Assembly: GCA_963849325.1 (NCBI GenBank)
Contig: CAWKHF010000012.1
Location: forward strand, 1,475,636 to 1,539,635
Source: an uncultured Planctomycetota bacterium
GTDB taxonomy: Bacteria; Planctomycetota; Planctomycetia; Gemmatales; Gemmataceae
Reading direction: 5' to 3'
DNA length: 64,000 nt
Under the pieces are notes generated by a model. The model was given only the letters and a program-made list of their open reading frames with translations, had not been told where the DNA came from and made no database searches. A program made the position numbers and the translations under genes. Positions 44,514 to 55,759 of the stretch are shown in pieces (position 1 is the stretch's first letter; each line of letters starts with the position of its first letter).

Positions 44514-46507
44514 ATGCAACGATTGCCGGATCGACTCCCCTCGCGTGTCATCATCGAGGGCGTGACGCCCGAGATTGACGGCGGACGCTTCCCCATCAAG
44601 CGAACCGTCGGCGAAGACGTACTGGTCGGCGCCGACATCCACGCGGACGGCCATGACGTGCTGTCGGCCGTGCTCCGCTATCGCCACGCCTCGGAACCGG
44701 AGTGGAAGGAAGTCGACCTGGAGGCGCGAGGCAATGATCGCTGGGAGGCGCGCTTCCCGGTGACGGCCCTGGGACGCTACGAGTATACCTTGCAGGCGTG
44801 GGTCGATCGCTTCGCCTCCTGGCGGCGCGATCTGTCGCGCAAGGCCGAGGCCGGACAAGACGTCAGCAGCGACCTGCTGGAGGGCGCCGAACTGGTCAAT
44901 CAGGCGGCGCGGCGGGCGCGAGCGGAGGACGGCGATTGGCTACGCTGGTGGGCCGACACCCTTGGCAAAGGCGACAACGACACGCGCGTCAAGGCTGCCC
45001 TCGATCCCGTCCTCGGCACGGTCATGGCCCGCCAGGCCGACCGCGGCACCGGCTCCACCTACGACCGCGTCCTGAGCGTTACGGTCGATCGAGAGCGGGC
45101 GCGCTACGGCGCCTGGTACGAGTTGTTTCCACGTTCCTGCGCCGGCGAGCCGGGCCGACACGGCACCTTCAAGGACGTCGAAAAACGGCTGCCCTACGTC
45201 CGCGACATGGGCTTCGATGTCCTCTACCTTCCTCCGATCCATCCCATCGGCAAAAGCTTTCGCAAGGGACCGAACAATACCTTGAACGCCGGGCCGGACG
45301 ACTCCGGCAGTCCCTGGGGCATCGGCGGCGCTGAGGGCGGCCACACCGCCATTCACCCGCAGCTGGGGACACAGGACGACTTCGATCACCTCCTGGCCGC
45401 AGCGCGGCGCACGGCCTGGAGATTGCCCTGGACATTGCCTTCCAGTGCTCCCCCGATCACCCCTGGGTCCACGAGCACCCCGAATGGTTTCGCCACCGAC
45501 CCGACGGCACCATCAAGTACGCCGAGAACCCGCCCAAGAAATACCAGGACATCTACCCACTCGACTTCGAGTGCAGCGACTGGCAGGGCTTGTGGAACGA
45601 ATTGCTCGGCGTGATGCTCTTCTGGTGCGAGCGCGGCGTGCGCATCTTCCGCGTGGACAATCCGCACACGAAACCGTTCCGCTTCTGGGAATGGCTCATC
45701 CGCGAGGTTCAGGGCCGTTACGCGGACACGATCTTTCTGGCGGAGGCGTTCACGCGGCCCAAGGTGATGCGCTACCTGGCCAAGAGCGGCTTCTCGCAGT
45801 CGTACACCTACTTCACCTGGCGCAACACGCGGCACGAGCTGACCGAGTATTTCACGGAGTTGACGCAGACTGAGGTGCGCGAGTACATGCGGCCGAACCT
45901 GTTCGCCAATACGCCGGACATCTTGCCGGAGTTTTTGCAGTACGGTGGGCGCGGTGCCTTCCAGGTCCGTTTCGTGCTGGCCGCCACGCTGGGAGCGAGC
46001 TATGGCATTTATGGCCCACCGTTCGAGACCTTTCAGCACCAGGCGGTCAAGCATGGCAGCGAGGAGTATCTCGATTCCGAGAAGTACCAGGTGCGGCACT
46101 GGGATTGGGACAAGCCCAACGTCTTCCGCGAATTCATCACCCTGGTCAACAGCATCCGCCGCGACAACCCCGCGCTGCACACCAACGATCGGCTGCGCTT
46201 CTACCCGACCGACAACGATCAACTTCTGTTTTACGGCAAGAGTACGCCGGACCTGTCCAACGTGGTCCTCATGGTGGTCAACCTCGATCCGCACCACCCG
46301 CAGTCCGGCTGGGTGCGTGTACCGCTGGGCGAGTTGGGTTTGCAGCCGGGCGAGCCGTACCAGGTCCACGACCTACTCACCGACGCCCGTTTTCTGTGGA
46401 ACGGCGAGTCCAACTTCGTCCGCCTCGATCCCAACGCGGCGGCTGCCCATATCCTGCGGTTGCGCAAGCGGGTCCGCCGCGAGCAGGACTTCGACTATTA
46501 CTTCTAA
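44514..46507 (+). CDS. glgE: Alpha-1,4-glucan:maltose-1-phosphate maltosyltransferase, frameshift near 45410
   Basis: WYELFPRS, YLPPIHPIG..RKG.NN, AENPPKKYQDIYP, FRVDNPHTKP, QSYTYFTWRN, SEKYQ. Confidence 0.95.
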
Positions 46508-46511
46508 AATG

Positions 46512-46605
46512 AACCACAGATGAACAGAGATGAACACGGATAAGACATTAAAACCCAACCTAGTATTTTTTTATTATCCGTGTTCATCCGTGTTCATCCG
46601 TGGTT
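46512..46605. repeat. Palindrome with 10-nt periodic arms (GATGAACACG) and AT-rich loop
   Basis: AACCACAGATGAACAGAGATGAACACGGATAA ... TTATCCGTGTTCATCCGTGTTCATCCGTGGTT. Confidence 0.9.
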
Positions 46606-46629
46606 AATTGTCTTCTTGCGAGAGATGAG

Positions 46630-48288
46630 ATGATGCTGACAGTGGAAGTCGCGGGGGGCTGGGAGAGCGTCTTCGAGGGCACAGCACGGGCCGAGCTGGA
46701 GCGCGCGGCGCTGCCGAAGTTCCTGCGGGCGCAGCGTTGGTTCGGCGGCAAGGGGCGGCGCGTCGAGAGCGTGCGGGTGGCCGACTGGGGCGACTTTCCC
46801 GCCGGCGCGGCCCGCGTCTTTCTGACCATGCTGGAGGTGAATTTCGCCGACGGCAAGAAAGACCTGTATTTTTTCCCTCTCGGCGTCACGAGCGGCGCGG
46901 CAGCCGACCGGCTTCTGAAAGACCTGAAGCCGTGGGTGATTGCCCGGCTAACCGGCTCCCAGGGGGAGGCGGTGCTGCATGACGCCCTGGCCGACGACGA
47001 CACCTGCAAGGCCCTGCTGGAGTCCATCGGTTCCCGCCGAGAGTTCACCACGCGCTCGGCCCGAATCCGCGCCTATCCGACGGCGGCCTTCGACGAACTG
47101 CGGGGGCGAGATGGCGAGCTTCTGGCCGTAGTCCGCGGTCCGGCCACGTCGAGTAACTCACTCCTGTTTTACGGACAGCGACTGATGCTGAAATTGTTCC
47201 GCCGCCTCGAAGTCGGCATCAACCCCGACTTCGAGATCGGCCGCTTTCTCACGGAGCAGAATCGCTTCGACCGCATCCCCCGCGCGGCGGGCACGATCGA
47301 GTACCATCGTCCCGGCTCCGGTCCCATCACGCTCGCCATCCTGCAAGCGCTGGTCTCCAACCAGGGCGACGGCTGGAAGCACGCCCTGGACGAGCTGGGC
47401 CGCTACTACGAGCGCGCCGCCCGAACGCCGATCCCGGCCGCGACCGACGAGCGGCCCCTGCTGGAGCTGGCCGAGTCCGAGCCGCCGGCCGATGTCCGCG
47501 AAGTGATCGGCGGCTACATGGAGGCAGCGGACACGCTCGGTCGGCGGACGGCGGAGATGCACCTCGCCCTGGTTGGCGACTCCGCGCTCCCGGATTTCGC
47601 CCCGGAGCCGTTCACCCCCGGGGACTCCGCCGCGCTGCGGGCGAGCATCCGCGAACAGGCCCAAACCGCCCTCGCCACCCTGCGCGACAACATCGAGTCC
47701 TTGCCGCCGGAGGTCGCGTCGTCGGCGCACCGCCTGCTCAAAGAAGGGCCGGCCATGCTGGAACGGCTGGGCGAAGAGGCGCCGTCTCGTCCCGGCGCCG
47801 CCAAGATTCGCTGCCACGGCGACTACCATCTGGGGCAGGTCTTGCGGGTCGGAGACGATTTCGTCCTCCTCGATTTCGAGGGCGAGCCGACGCGGACGGT
47901 GGAGGAACGCCGCGCCAAGCAATCGCCGCTCAAGGACGTGGCCGGCATGGTCCGCTCGTACCATTACGCCGCCTATGCCGGCCTGTTCGCCTTCACGCCG
48001 AACGATCCGGAAGGCTTGGGCCGCCTGGGTCCGTGGGCCGAGTTGTGGTTCGAGTGGGTCTCGGCCGCCTTCCTCCGTGCCTACCGCGCCGCCGCCCGCG
48101 ACGCCGCCTTTCTACCCCGTGATCGCGCGGCATTCGCAGGGCTGCTGGACGCCTTCATGCTGGACAAGGCTTTTTACGAGTTGAATTACGAACTGAACAA
48201 TCGTCCCGACTGGGTCCGCATCCCGCTCCGCGGTATTCTCGCCCTGCTCGACGAGGAGCGGCAGCCCGCCCAAGTGCGAAAGGATTGA
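46630..48288 (+). CDS. mak: Maltokinase (Pep2/Mak)
   Basis: QRWFGGK, KLFRR..G.NPD.E, RCHGDYHLGQVL, DFEGEP, DVAGM.RS, YELNNRPDW. Confidence 0.88.
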   Translation: MMLTVEVAGGWESVFEGTARAELERAALPKFLRAQRWFGGKGRRVESVRVADWGDFPAGAARVFLTMLEVNFADGKKDLYFFPLGVTSGAAADRLLKDLKPWVIARLTGSQGEAVLHDALADDDTCKALLESIGSRREFTTRSARIRAYPTAAFDELRGRDGELLAVVRGPATSSNSLLFYGQRLMLKLFRRLEVGINPDFEIGRFLTEQNRFDRIPRAAGTIEYHRPGSGPITLAILQALVSNQGDGWKHALDELGRYYERAARTPIPAATDERPLLELAESEPPADVREVIGGYMEAADTLGRRTAEMHLALVGDSALPDFAPEPFTPGDSAALRASIREQAQTALATLRDNIESLPPEVASSAHRLLKEGPAMLERLGEEAPSRPGAAKIRCHGDYHLGQVLRVGDDFVLLDFEGEPTRTVEERRAKQSPLKDVAGMVRSYHYAAYAGLFAFTPNDPEGLGRLGPWAELWFEWVSAAFLRAYRAAARDAAFLPRDRAAFAGLLDAFMLDKAFYELNYELNNRPDWVRIPLRGILALLDEERQPAQVRKD

Positions 48289-48292
48289 CACC

Positions 48293-50194
48293 GTGATCAC
48301 CGCCAACTTGACCGACTTCGACGTGTACCTGTGGTCGGAAGGGACTCACTTCCGCGCCTACGAGAAGCTCGGCGCCCACCTGAGCGAGCGCAACGGCGTC
48401 GCCGGCACGCACTTCGCCGTGTGGGCGCCGGACGCCCGCGCGGTGTCGGTCGTCGGCGACTTCAACGGCTGGCGGCCGGACGCCAATCCCATGCACGCCG
48501 TCCAGTCGTCGGGTATCTGGGAGACCTTCATCCCCGGCATCGGCCAGGGCACGCTGTACAAGTACGCCATCACTCGCGCGAGTCGGACTACGCCGTGGAG
48601 AAAGCGGACCCCTACGGCTTCGCCGCCGAGATTCGGCCGCACACCGCCTCCAAGGTGTGGGATCTGTCCGGCTACAGTTGGGGCGATCAGGAGTGGATGG
48701 CCCGGCGCGGCCGGTCCCAGGCGCTGGACGCCCCGCAGAGCGTTTACGAACTGCACCTCGGCTCCTGGCGGCGCGTGCCCCACGAGGGCAATCGCTGGCT
48801 GACCTACCGCGAGGCGGCCCACCAGCTGGGCGACTACGTCCACGACATGGGCTACACCCACGTCGAATTTCTGCCCCTGAGCGAGCATCCGCTGGACGCC
48901 TCCTGGGGCTATCAGACGGTCGGCTATTACGCTCCGACCAGCCGTTTCGGCACGCCGCAGGATTTGATGTATCTTATCGATCATCTACACCAGCGCGGCA
49001 TCGGCGTTCTTCTCGACTGGGTGCCGGCCCATTTCCCGCGTGATCTGCACGGCCTGGGCTTCTTCGACGGCAGCCATCTCTACGAGCACGCCGACCCGCG
49101 CCGCGGCGAACATCCCGATTGGGGCACCTACATTTACAACTACGGCCGGCGCGAAGTCAGCAATTTCCTCATCAGCAACGCCCTGTTCTGGCTGGACAAG
49201 TATCACATCGACGGTCTGCGCGTGGACGCCGTCGCCTCGATGCTCTACCTCGATTATTCGCGCAAGGAGGGTGAGTGGACGCCCAACGAGTTCGGCGGAC
49301 GCGAGAACTTGCAAGCCATCGACTTCCTCCGCCGTTTCAACGAGCGCGTCTACGGCGAATATCCCGACACCATCACGTTGGCCGAGGAATCAACGTCCTG
49401 GCCGCAGGTGTCGCGGCCGGTGTACCTGGGCGGACTCGGCTTCGGCTACAAGTGGGACATGGGATGGATGCACGACACGCTCGACTTCATGTCCCACGAT
49501 CCAGTCCATCGCAAGTACCACTACAACCAACTGACCTTCCGCATGCTCTACGCCTTCGGCGAGAATTTCGTGCTGCCTCTCTCGCACGACGAGGTCGTTC
49601 ACGGCAAGCGTTCGCTGCTGTCGAAGATGCCCGGCGACGAGTGGCAGCAGTTCGCCAATCTGCGCGTGCTGTACGGCTACATGTACGCCCAGCCGGGCAA
49701 AAAGCTGTTGTTCATGGGCGGCGAGTTCGGCCAGTGGAACGAGTGGAACTTCAATACCAGCCTCGATTGGCACCTGCTGGAGCAGTCGCGGCACCGCGGC
49801 TTGCAGCGCTGGGTGCGCAGACTTGAACACTTTCTACCGCGGCGAGCCGGCCATGCACGTTCTGGACTGCGATCCGACCGGCTTCCAGTGGATCGACTGC
49901 TGCGACGCCGAGAACTGCGTGGTCAGCCTGCTGCGCAAGAGTCGCAAGCCGGAAGAGGCCATCGCTCTCGTCTGTAACTTCACGCCGGTGCCGCGATACA
50001 ATTACCAGATCGGCGTGCCGCTCGGCGGCCACTGGGACGAAGTGCTCAACAGCGACGCACCACTATACGGCGGCAGCGGCCAGGGTAACTTCGGCGGCGT
50101 TCAGGCGGCGCCGGTGCCGCACCACGGCCGCGATTACACGATCACCATCACGGTGCCTCCTCTGGGCATGGTGGCTTTCAAGAGGAAGGCGTGA
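48293..50194 (+). CDS. glgB: 1,4-alpha-glucan branching enzyme (short N-terminus; 2 frameshifts)
   Basis: [58 protein letters not shown]. Confidence 0.95.
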
Positions 50195-50213
50195 CGTCCG
50201 CCTCCACCACGGG

Positions 50214-51956
50214 ATGCCTGTCATGGATAAAGCTGCCGTCGCCGCCGTCCTCGCCGAGATCGGCACCCTGCTGGAACTCCAGGGCGAAAACGCCTTCCGC
50301 TGCAACGCCTACCACAACGCCGCCCGCGCCATCGAGCAGCTCGAAGAAGACCTCGACACTGTTGTGCGCGAGGGCCGGCTGACCTCCGTGCCGGGCATCG
50401 GCGACACGCTGCGCCAGAAGATCACCACCCTCGTCACCACCGGCCAGCTGCCCTTTTACGACGACCTGCGCCGCAAGACGCCGCCCGGTCTGCTCGACAT
50501 CCTCCGCATCCAGGGGCTGGGTCCGAAGCACGTCAAGACACTCTACGACCAACTCGGAATCGACTCGCTCGACAAAATGGCGGAAGCGTGCGAGACGGGG
50601 CGCGTGGCGAAGCTGAAGGGCTTCGGCGCCAAGACGCAGCAGAAGATCATCGAGGGGATCGAGTTCCTCCGCCAGATGGGTCAGCGCGTGCGCATCGACC
50701 AGGCGCTGCCGCTGGCGACGCGCCTGATGGAGGGGCTGCGCAGCGCGCCCGGCATCCTCCGCATGGAGCTATGCGGCAGTCTGCGGCGGCGGCGCGAGAC
50801 GATCAAGGACATTGACCTTCTTATCAGCTCGGACGAACCCGGCCCGATCATGGAGCGCTTCGTGTCGCTGCCGGGCGTGGTGCAGGTGATCGCGCACGGC
50901 GAGACGAAATCGAGCGTCATCGTCCACGGCGATGGCCGCGTGATCATGAACGCCGACCTGCGCATCGTCCGCGACGAGCAGTTTCCGTTCGCGCTGCACT
51001 ACTTCACCGGCAGCAAGGACCACAACATCGCCATGCGTCAGCGCGCTCAGCACTACGGACTCAAGCTCAATGAATACGAATTGGCCGGGCCGGATCGCCG
51101 GGTGAGCTGTCGCAACGAGGCGGACCTCTTCAAGGCGCTGGACCTGGCCTACATCCCGCCGGAGCTGCGCGAGAACACCGGCGAGATGGACGCGGCCGCG
51201 GACGGCGACCTGCCGAACCTCGTCGAGGCAGACGACATCAAGGGCGTCTTCCACTGCCACACGACCTACAGCGACGGCGGCAACAGCGTCGAGGAGATGG
51301 CCCTGGCGGCCAAGGCGCTGGGATTGAAGTACCTCGGCCTGGCCGATCATTCGCAGTCGTTGACCGTGGCCAATGGACTCAGTCCGCAGCGCGTGCGGCA
51401 GCAGCAGGCGGAGATCGACGCCGTCAACCGACGCTTGAAGGGCTTCACCATTTTCAAGGGCATCGAGTGCGACATTCTCGCCGACGGCCGCCTCGATTTC
51501 GACGATGACGTGTTGGCCAGCTTCGATTACGTCGTGGCCAGCGTTCACAGTCATTTCAAGCAATCGCGCGAGGAAATGACGGCTCGCATCATCCGGGCCA
51601 TTCGCAGCCCTTACGTCACCATGCTCGGCCACGCCACCGGCCGATTGCTGCTCAAGCGCGAGGGCTACCAGGTGGACCTCGAAGCGGTGTTGCAGGCGGC
51701 GGCGGAGGCGGGGACGATGGTGGAGATCAACGCCCATCCGGCGCGGCTGGACCTCGACTGGATTCACTGCAAACGGGCCAAGACGCTGGGCGTGAAAATC
51801 GTCATCAACCCCGACGCGCACAGCACGGAGGAGCTGGACCTGTATCGCTACGGCGTGGACGTGGCGCGGCGCGGCTGGCTGGAGAGAGGCGACGTGTTCA
51901 ACACCAAGCCGATGGCGGAAGTGACGAAGGCACTGGCCGTGCGAAAGCCAAAATGA
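50214..51956 (+). CDS. polX: DNA polymerase X with PHP domain
   Basis: GENAFR..AY, GSLRR.RET..DIDL, FTGSKDHN, HCHT.YSDG, EINAHP.RLDL, DAH. Confidence 0.95.
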   Translation: MPVMDKAAVAAVLAEIGTLLELQGENAFRCNAYHNAARAIEQLEEDLDTVVREGRLTSVPGIGDTLRQKITTLVTTGQLPFYDDLRRKTPPGLLDILRIQGLGPKHVKTLYDQLGIDSLDKMAEACETGRVAKLKGFGAKTQQKIIEGIEFLRQMGQRVRIDQALPLATRLMEGLRSAPGILRMELCGSLRRRRETIKDIDLLISSDEPGPIMERFVSLPGVVQVIAHGETKSSVIVHGDGRVIMNADLRIVRDEQFPFALHYFTGSKDHNIAMRQRAQHYGLKLNEYELAGPDRRVSCRNEADLFKALDLAYIPPELRENTGEMDAAADGDLPNLVEADDIKGVFHCHTTYSDGGNSVEEMALAAKALGLKYLGLADHSQSLTVANGLSPQRVRQQQAEIDAVNRRLKGFTIFKGIECDILADGRLDFDDDVLASFDYVVASVHSHFKQSREEMTARIIRAIRSPYVTMLGHATGRLLLKREGYQVDLEAVLQAAAEAGTMVEINAHPARLDLDWIHCKRAKTLGVKIVINPDAHSTEELDLYRYGVDVARRGWLERGDVFNTKPMAEVTKALAVRKPK

Positions 51957-52087
51957 ACTCACCACAAAGACACAAAGAACACAAAGAAGACAAAAAAAGC
52001 ATCAAATAAAGACTCAATCCGATGCTCAGTGAAGGGGTATTATTGATTTTTTGTCTTCTTTGTGTTCTTTGTGTCTTTGTGGTGAGT
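51957..52087. repeat. Long palindrome, about 41-bp arms with 9-nt periodicity (CACAAAGA), between convergent genes
   Basis: ACTCACCACAAAGACACAAAGAACACAAAGAAGACAAAAAA and its reverse complement. Confidence 0.95.
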
Positions 52088-52094
52088 CTTTCTC

Positions 52095-52418
52095 TTACAC
52101 GACGGTGACGGGGCCGTGGTCGTCGCAATGGTCGCCGTGCGGATGGTGCAGGCGGCCATTGACCAGGTAATCGAAGTGGTCGCCGTGCGGCACCTTTTCG
52201 TGGCCGCAGCCCTCGTGTTTGCAGTGGCAGGCGGTCGGAGCGCACTGGGCCGGGTTGGCGGCGCTGACTGCCAGGACATGCTCGCAGTAATGGCCGTCGT
52301 GCTCGCAGTGCAGATGGCCGTCGTGCAGGTAATCGACGTGGCCGTCATGGCGGATGCGGGTGTGGCCGCAGTGCTCGCTGTGGACGTGGCCGTGATCGCT
52401 ATGGACGTCGTGGCTCAT
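52095..52418 (-). CDS. His/Cys-rich putative metal-binding protein
   Basis: GAGGA RBS; duplicated CGH....H..H.DYL..G.LH..H..H..H motif. Confidence 0.8.
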   Translation of the reverse strand: MSHDVHSDHGHVHSEHCGHTRIRHDGHVDYLHDGHLHCEHDGHYCEHVLAVSAANPAQCAPTACHCKHEGCGHEKVPHGDHFDYLVNGRLHHPHGDHCDDHGPVTVV

Positions 52419-52499
52419 CGGACTTTCCTCCTCGGGATAGGGATACCGTTGGTATCGGTCCTCCGTCCGTCCCGACTTGACGGTAAATCCCGCACATCC

Positions 52500-53748
52500 C
52501 TACGTCAAGCCATAATGCGGCTTCGCCTGGAGATAGGCCGCCACGCGATCGGTGCGCGTGACCGCCTCGGCCAGGAAGGCGACGGCCCGGCGCAGTCGAT
52601 CGTCCGGCTCGGCGCAGCTGAAGCGCAAAAAGCCCTGTCCGGCGGGGCCGAAGCATTCGCCGCCCAGGCAGGCGACGCCGAGATGATCGTCCGCTCCTTC
52701 CAGCAAATACATCGCCAGACCGTGCGATTGGATGCCCAGACGCCGGCACAGGACGGACACATCGGGGAAGACGTAGAAGGTGCCGGCCGGCATGAGGACC
52801 GTCACGCCGTCAACGCGCCGTAGTTCCTCGACCAGCAACTCAACCTTGCGGCGGAATCGGGCCATGACCTCGTCGCGTTCGGGGGCGTCGTATTCGAGGG
52901 CGGCCTGCCCCGCCAGCCTGGGCCAGCGGCGGTACGCAGGACAGCGACGTGTTGATCATTTTGCCGATGACCTCGGCGATGGTCGGACTGCTGACAGCGT
53001 AGCCGATGCGCCAACCGCTCATGCTGTACGATTTGCTAAACGTGTACGCCGCCACGGTGCATTCGATCATGCCGGGCTGCGACAGCGGCGTTTCGTGCCG
53101 GCCCTGCCAAACCATGTGGCAGTATGGTTCGTCGCTGAAGACGGCGATGTCGCGGCCGGCGACCAGATTGGCCAGGCCGCGCATGTCCTCGACGGTCGCC
53201 ACGCCGCCGGTCGGGTTGTGCGGGAAATTCAAGAAGATCGCCTTGGCGCCCGGCTCCGCACGGAGGAACCTTTCGACATCGTTCAGATCGGGCCGAAACT
53301 GGTCCTTCGGACGCAAGGGGCTGTGTACGACCCGCGCGCCGCGGCGGTGGATGTTCGGTTCGTAGGTCGGAAAGTGCGGCGTGAAGACGAGCACCGCGTC
53401 GCCGGGATCGAGGAAGGTTTCGCAAAAGAACTGCTCGAACACCTTGGCGCCGGGTCCGACGATCACGTTCTCGGGACCGATAGTTACGCCGAACTCCCGC
53501 TGATAATTGCGGGCGATGGTCTCGCGAAAGGAGAGCAAGCCGGACGAGGGACAGTAATGCGTCTGGCCGTCCTCGACCGCCCGCAAGCCGGCGGCGCGGG
53601 CGTGGCGCGTAGTCGGGAAAGGGCTGTCGCCGATCTGCAACTCAATAACATCCTTTCCGGACGCCTTGAGTCGCTTGGCGACGGCCAGAACGTCGAAAGC
53701 GGTTTCGGCCGTAAGACCACGAGCGAAGGTGCTGAAGGTGATTGCCAT
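52500..53748 (-). CDS. PLP-dependent class I/II aminotransferase, frameshift near 52900
   Basis: NFPHNPTGG, SDEPY, FSKSYSMSGWRIGY, GTFYVFP, LRFS. Confidence 0.92.
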
Positions 53749-53760
53749 TCGTCATTCGCA

Positions 53761-53868
53761 TAGGGAATAGGGAATAGGGAATAGGGAATAGGGAATAGGG
53801 AATAGGGAGTAGGGAATGGGATGAGATCCCTTCTTCTCTAGTCCCTATTCCCTATTCCCTATTCCCTA
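53761..53868. repeat. Heptamer tandem repeat (TAGGGAA)x8 followed by an inverted block of about 4 units
   Basis: 53761-53816 TAGGGAA units (one is TAGGGAG); 53842-53868 TCCCTAT units. Confidence 0.95.
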
Positions 53869-54612
53869 CTGTTTGGCGGCGATCGTCTGGGCGAGCGGGC
53901 GGACCACCGCGGGGATGACGTGCGAGTCCACCAGCTCCTGACAGATCCGCCGTTGATTGCGGTACGACTCGGTGAAATCCTTGAACGGCTGACGGCCCCA
54001 GTATTGGCGAATCGTGAAGTAGACGCTGATCGGCGCCTCGGGGAACTGGCCGGTGCGGATCTGGTAGAAGTTGGTCCGCGTCTCGATGCTCAGGCGGCAC
54101 TGCAAGCGGCATTGATCGTCCAGCGACAGCATCAGCGACGGCTCGTAGTTGAGGACGCGGCTGCCCGGCATCTGCAGCAGGCTCTCCAGCGTCGTGTTCA
54201 GGCCCAGCGCCTCGGCGACAACTTCGTCGTGATTGCCGCTGTAGATGAAGTCGAAGGCGAACAGCACGTCCAGCGCGTCGCAGTCCAGCGGGTTGAAGTC
54301 GAGGTGGAACGGGGCCGTCTCCAGCAGGTGCTCGTGCAGGGAGTCGGCCGACTCCAGCTCGGGCGGATTGACGTAGCCGCTGCACAGGCGGCGCGATTCC
54401 AGTGTCACCCAGCGATAGCTGCCCTGCTCGCGGTCCTCCTCCAGCACGAACTCGCCGCCCTCGCGGCAATCGAAGTCGCTCATCTGCGGATAGGTCTTGC
54501 GAAGACGGTCGAAGAAGTGCAGGACGGTTTCCCGGCCGGAAGGGAGGTCCATTTTGGTGTTCAGGTAAACATAAACTCCGAAGTCATCGCACAGGGAGCT
54601 ATAAGGATTCAT
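53866..54612 (-). CDS. Conserved hypothetical protein
   Basis: 248 aa, GAGG RBS, typical codon usage. Confidence 0.8.
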   Translation of the reverse strand: MNPYSSLCDDFGVYVYLNTKMDLPSGRETVLHFFDRLRKTYPQMSDFDCREGGEFVLEEDREQGSYRWVTLESRRLCSGYVNPPELESADSLHEHLLETAPFHLDFNPLDCDALDVLFAFDFIYSGNHDEVVAEALGLNTTLESLLQMPGSRVLNYEPSLMLSLDDQCRLQCRLSIETRTNFYQIRTGQFPEAPISVYFTIRQYWGRQPFKDFTESYRNQRRICQELVDSHVIPAVVRPLAQTIAAKQ

Positions 54613-54919
54613 TTCAATTCCTCAGGTTCGTTTTGGGTTGCGAACCGACACGGTGGCGCCGCATCCCAACAAGGCCCTTCTCCGGGCATGGGCGGACCCG
54701 CACGGCCTCGCCGGCACGAGGAGGAGGGGAGACCGGAGGAAAGTCCTCTCCTCCCATTGTTCGGTTTTTTTGGCGCCGATGCAAGGTCCGAAAGGCGTTT
54801 TCTCCACCGCACGGCCGGCGGCGCCGGCCTCCTGGACCGGACAGAAAAAAACCTCGGTCTCGCCGCCTCCCGTTGGGAAGACAGCTGCCGAGGTTTCCGG
54901 GACGGTTGACACAGCCCTT

Positions 54920-55192
54920 TCAGGCGGTGCGGGCGAGCTTGGCCTTGACGGGGACCGTGAGGTTGGTCTGGTGCATCCAGCGGCCGGCGTCGGGGGCGCC
55001 GTGCCAGCGCTGCAGCGAGATCGAACGGACGTGGTCGCGTTCTTCCTCGTCGAGGACTTCAAAGAAGGCTTGGCCGAAATTGGCGCGGACCTGCGTGGAG
55101 GAGCGTCCGAGGTAGATGAGCAGATCGCTGCGATCGTCGAACACGGCCACGGCACGCCATCCCTGGGGCTTGGCTTCCGTCTGGTAGAACAT
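54920..55192 (-). CDS. Small hypothetical protein
   Basis: AAGGAGG RBS; MFYQTEAKPQGWRAVA..., 90 aa. Confidence 0.7.
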   Translation of the reverse strand: MFYQTEAKPQGWRAVAVFDDRSDLLIYLGRSSTQVRANFGQAFFEVLDEEERDHVRSISLQRWHGAPDAGRWMHQTNLTVPVKAKLARTA

Positions 55193-55290
55193 GGGTCTGA
55201 CCCTCCTTGGTCTGGGTGTGAGACGTGTTGATAAAGTGACGGAAAAATCGAGCGGAGTCAAGACCAATTTCGACGACGAAGAATAACTTC

Positions 55291-55351
55291 GTTTCGCCGC
55301 GACGCGCAGCGGAGCGCGAGAGACGCGCTCCGCTGCGCGTCGCGGCGAAAC
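55291..55351. repeat. REP-like palindrome family A, copy 3 (compensatory substitution)
   Basis: GTTTCGCCGCG...CGCGGCGAAAC versus GTTTAGCC...GGCTAAAC in the other copies. Confidence 0.95.
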
Positions 55352-55373
55352 AAGCGGCTTTCGGAACCGATTC

Positions 55374-55759
55374 TCAATAGCCCTGTCCGCCGCCGTAGCC
55401 GCCGCGGTCGCGGCCTCCACCTCCGCCGCCGTAACCGCCGCGACCGCCACCGTAGCCGCCACGACCGCCGCCGCCCCCGCCGTAACCGCCTCCGCCACCG
55501 CCTCCGCGGTCCTCTCGCGGACGGGCCTCGTTGACCGTCAGGGGCCGGCCGCGAAAGGCCGTACCGTTGAGAGCGTCAATGGCCGTTTGCGCTTCCTGAT
55601 CGCTGTCCATCTCGACAAACCCGAAGCCGCGCGACCGGCCGGTCTCCCGATCGGTGATGACCTGCGCCGCGCCACCGCCCCGTAGGATTGGAACAGGGCC
55701 AGCAGGTCGTCGGCCGTGGCATCCCACGTGAGATTGCCGACGTAGATATTCTTCGCCAT
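55374..55759 (-). CDS. Second RRM RNA-binding protein with Gly-rich tail, frameshift near 55670
   Basis: [25 protein letters not shown]. Confidence 0.92.
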
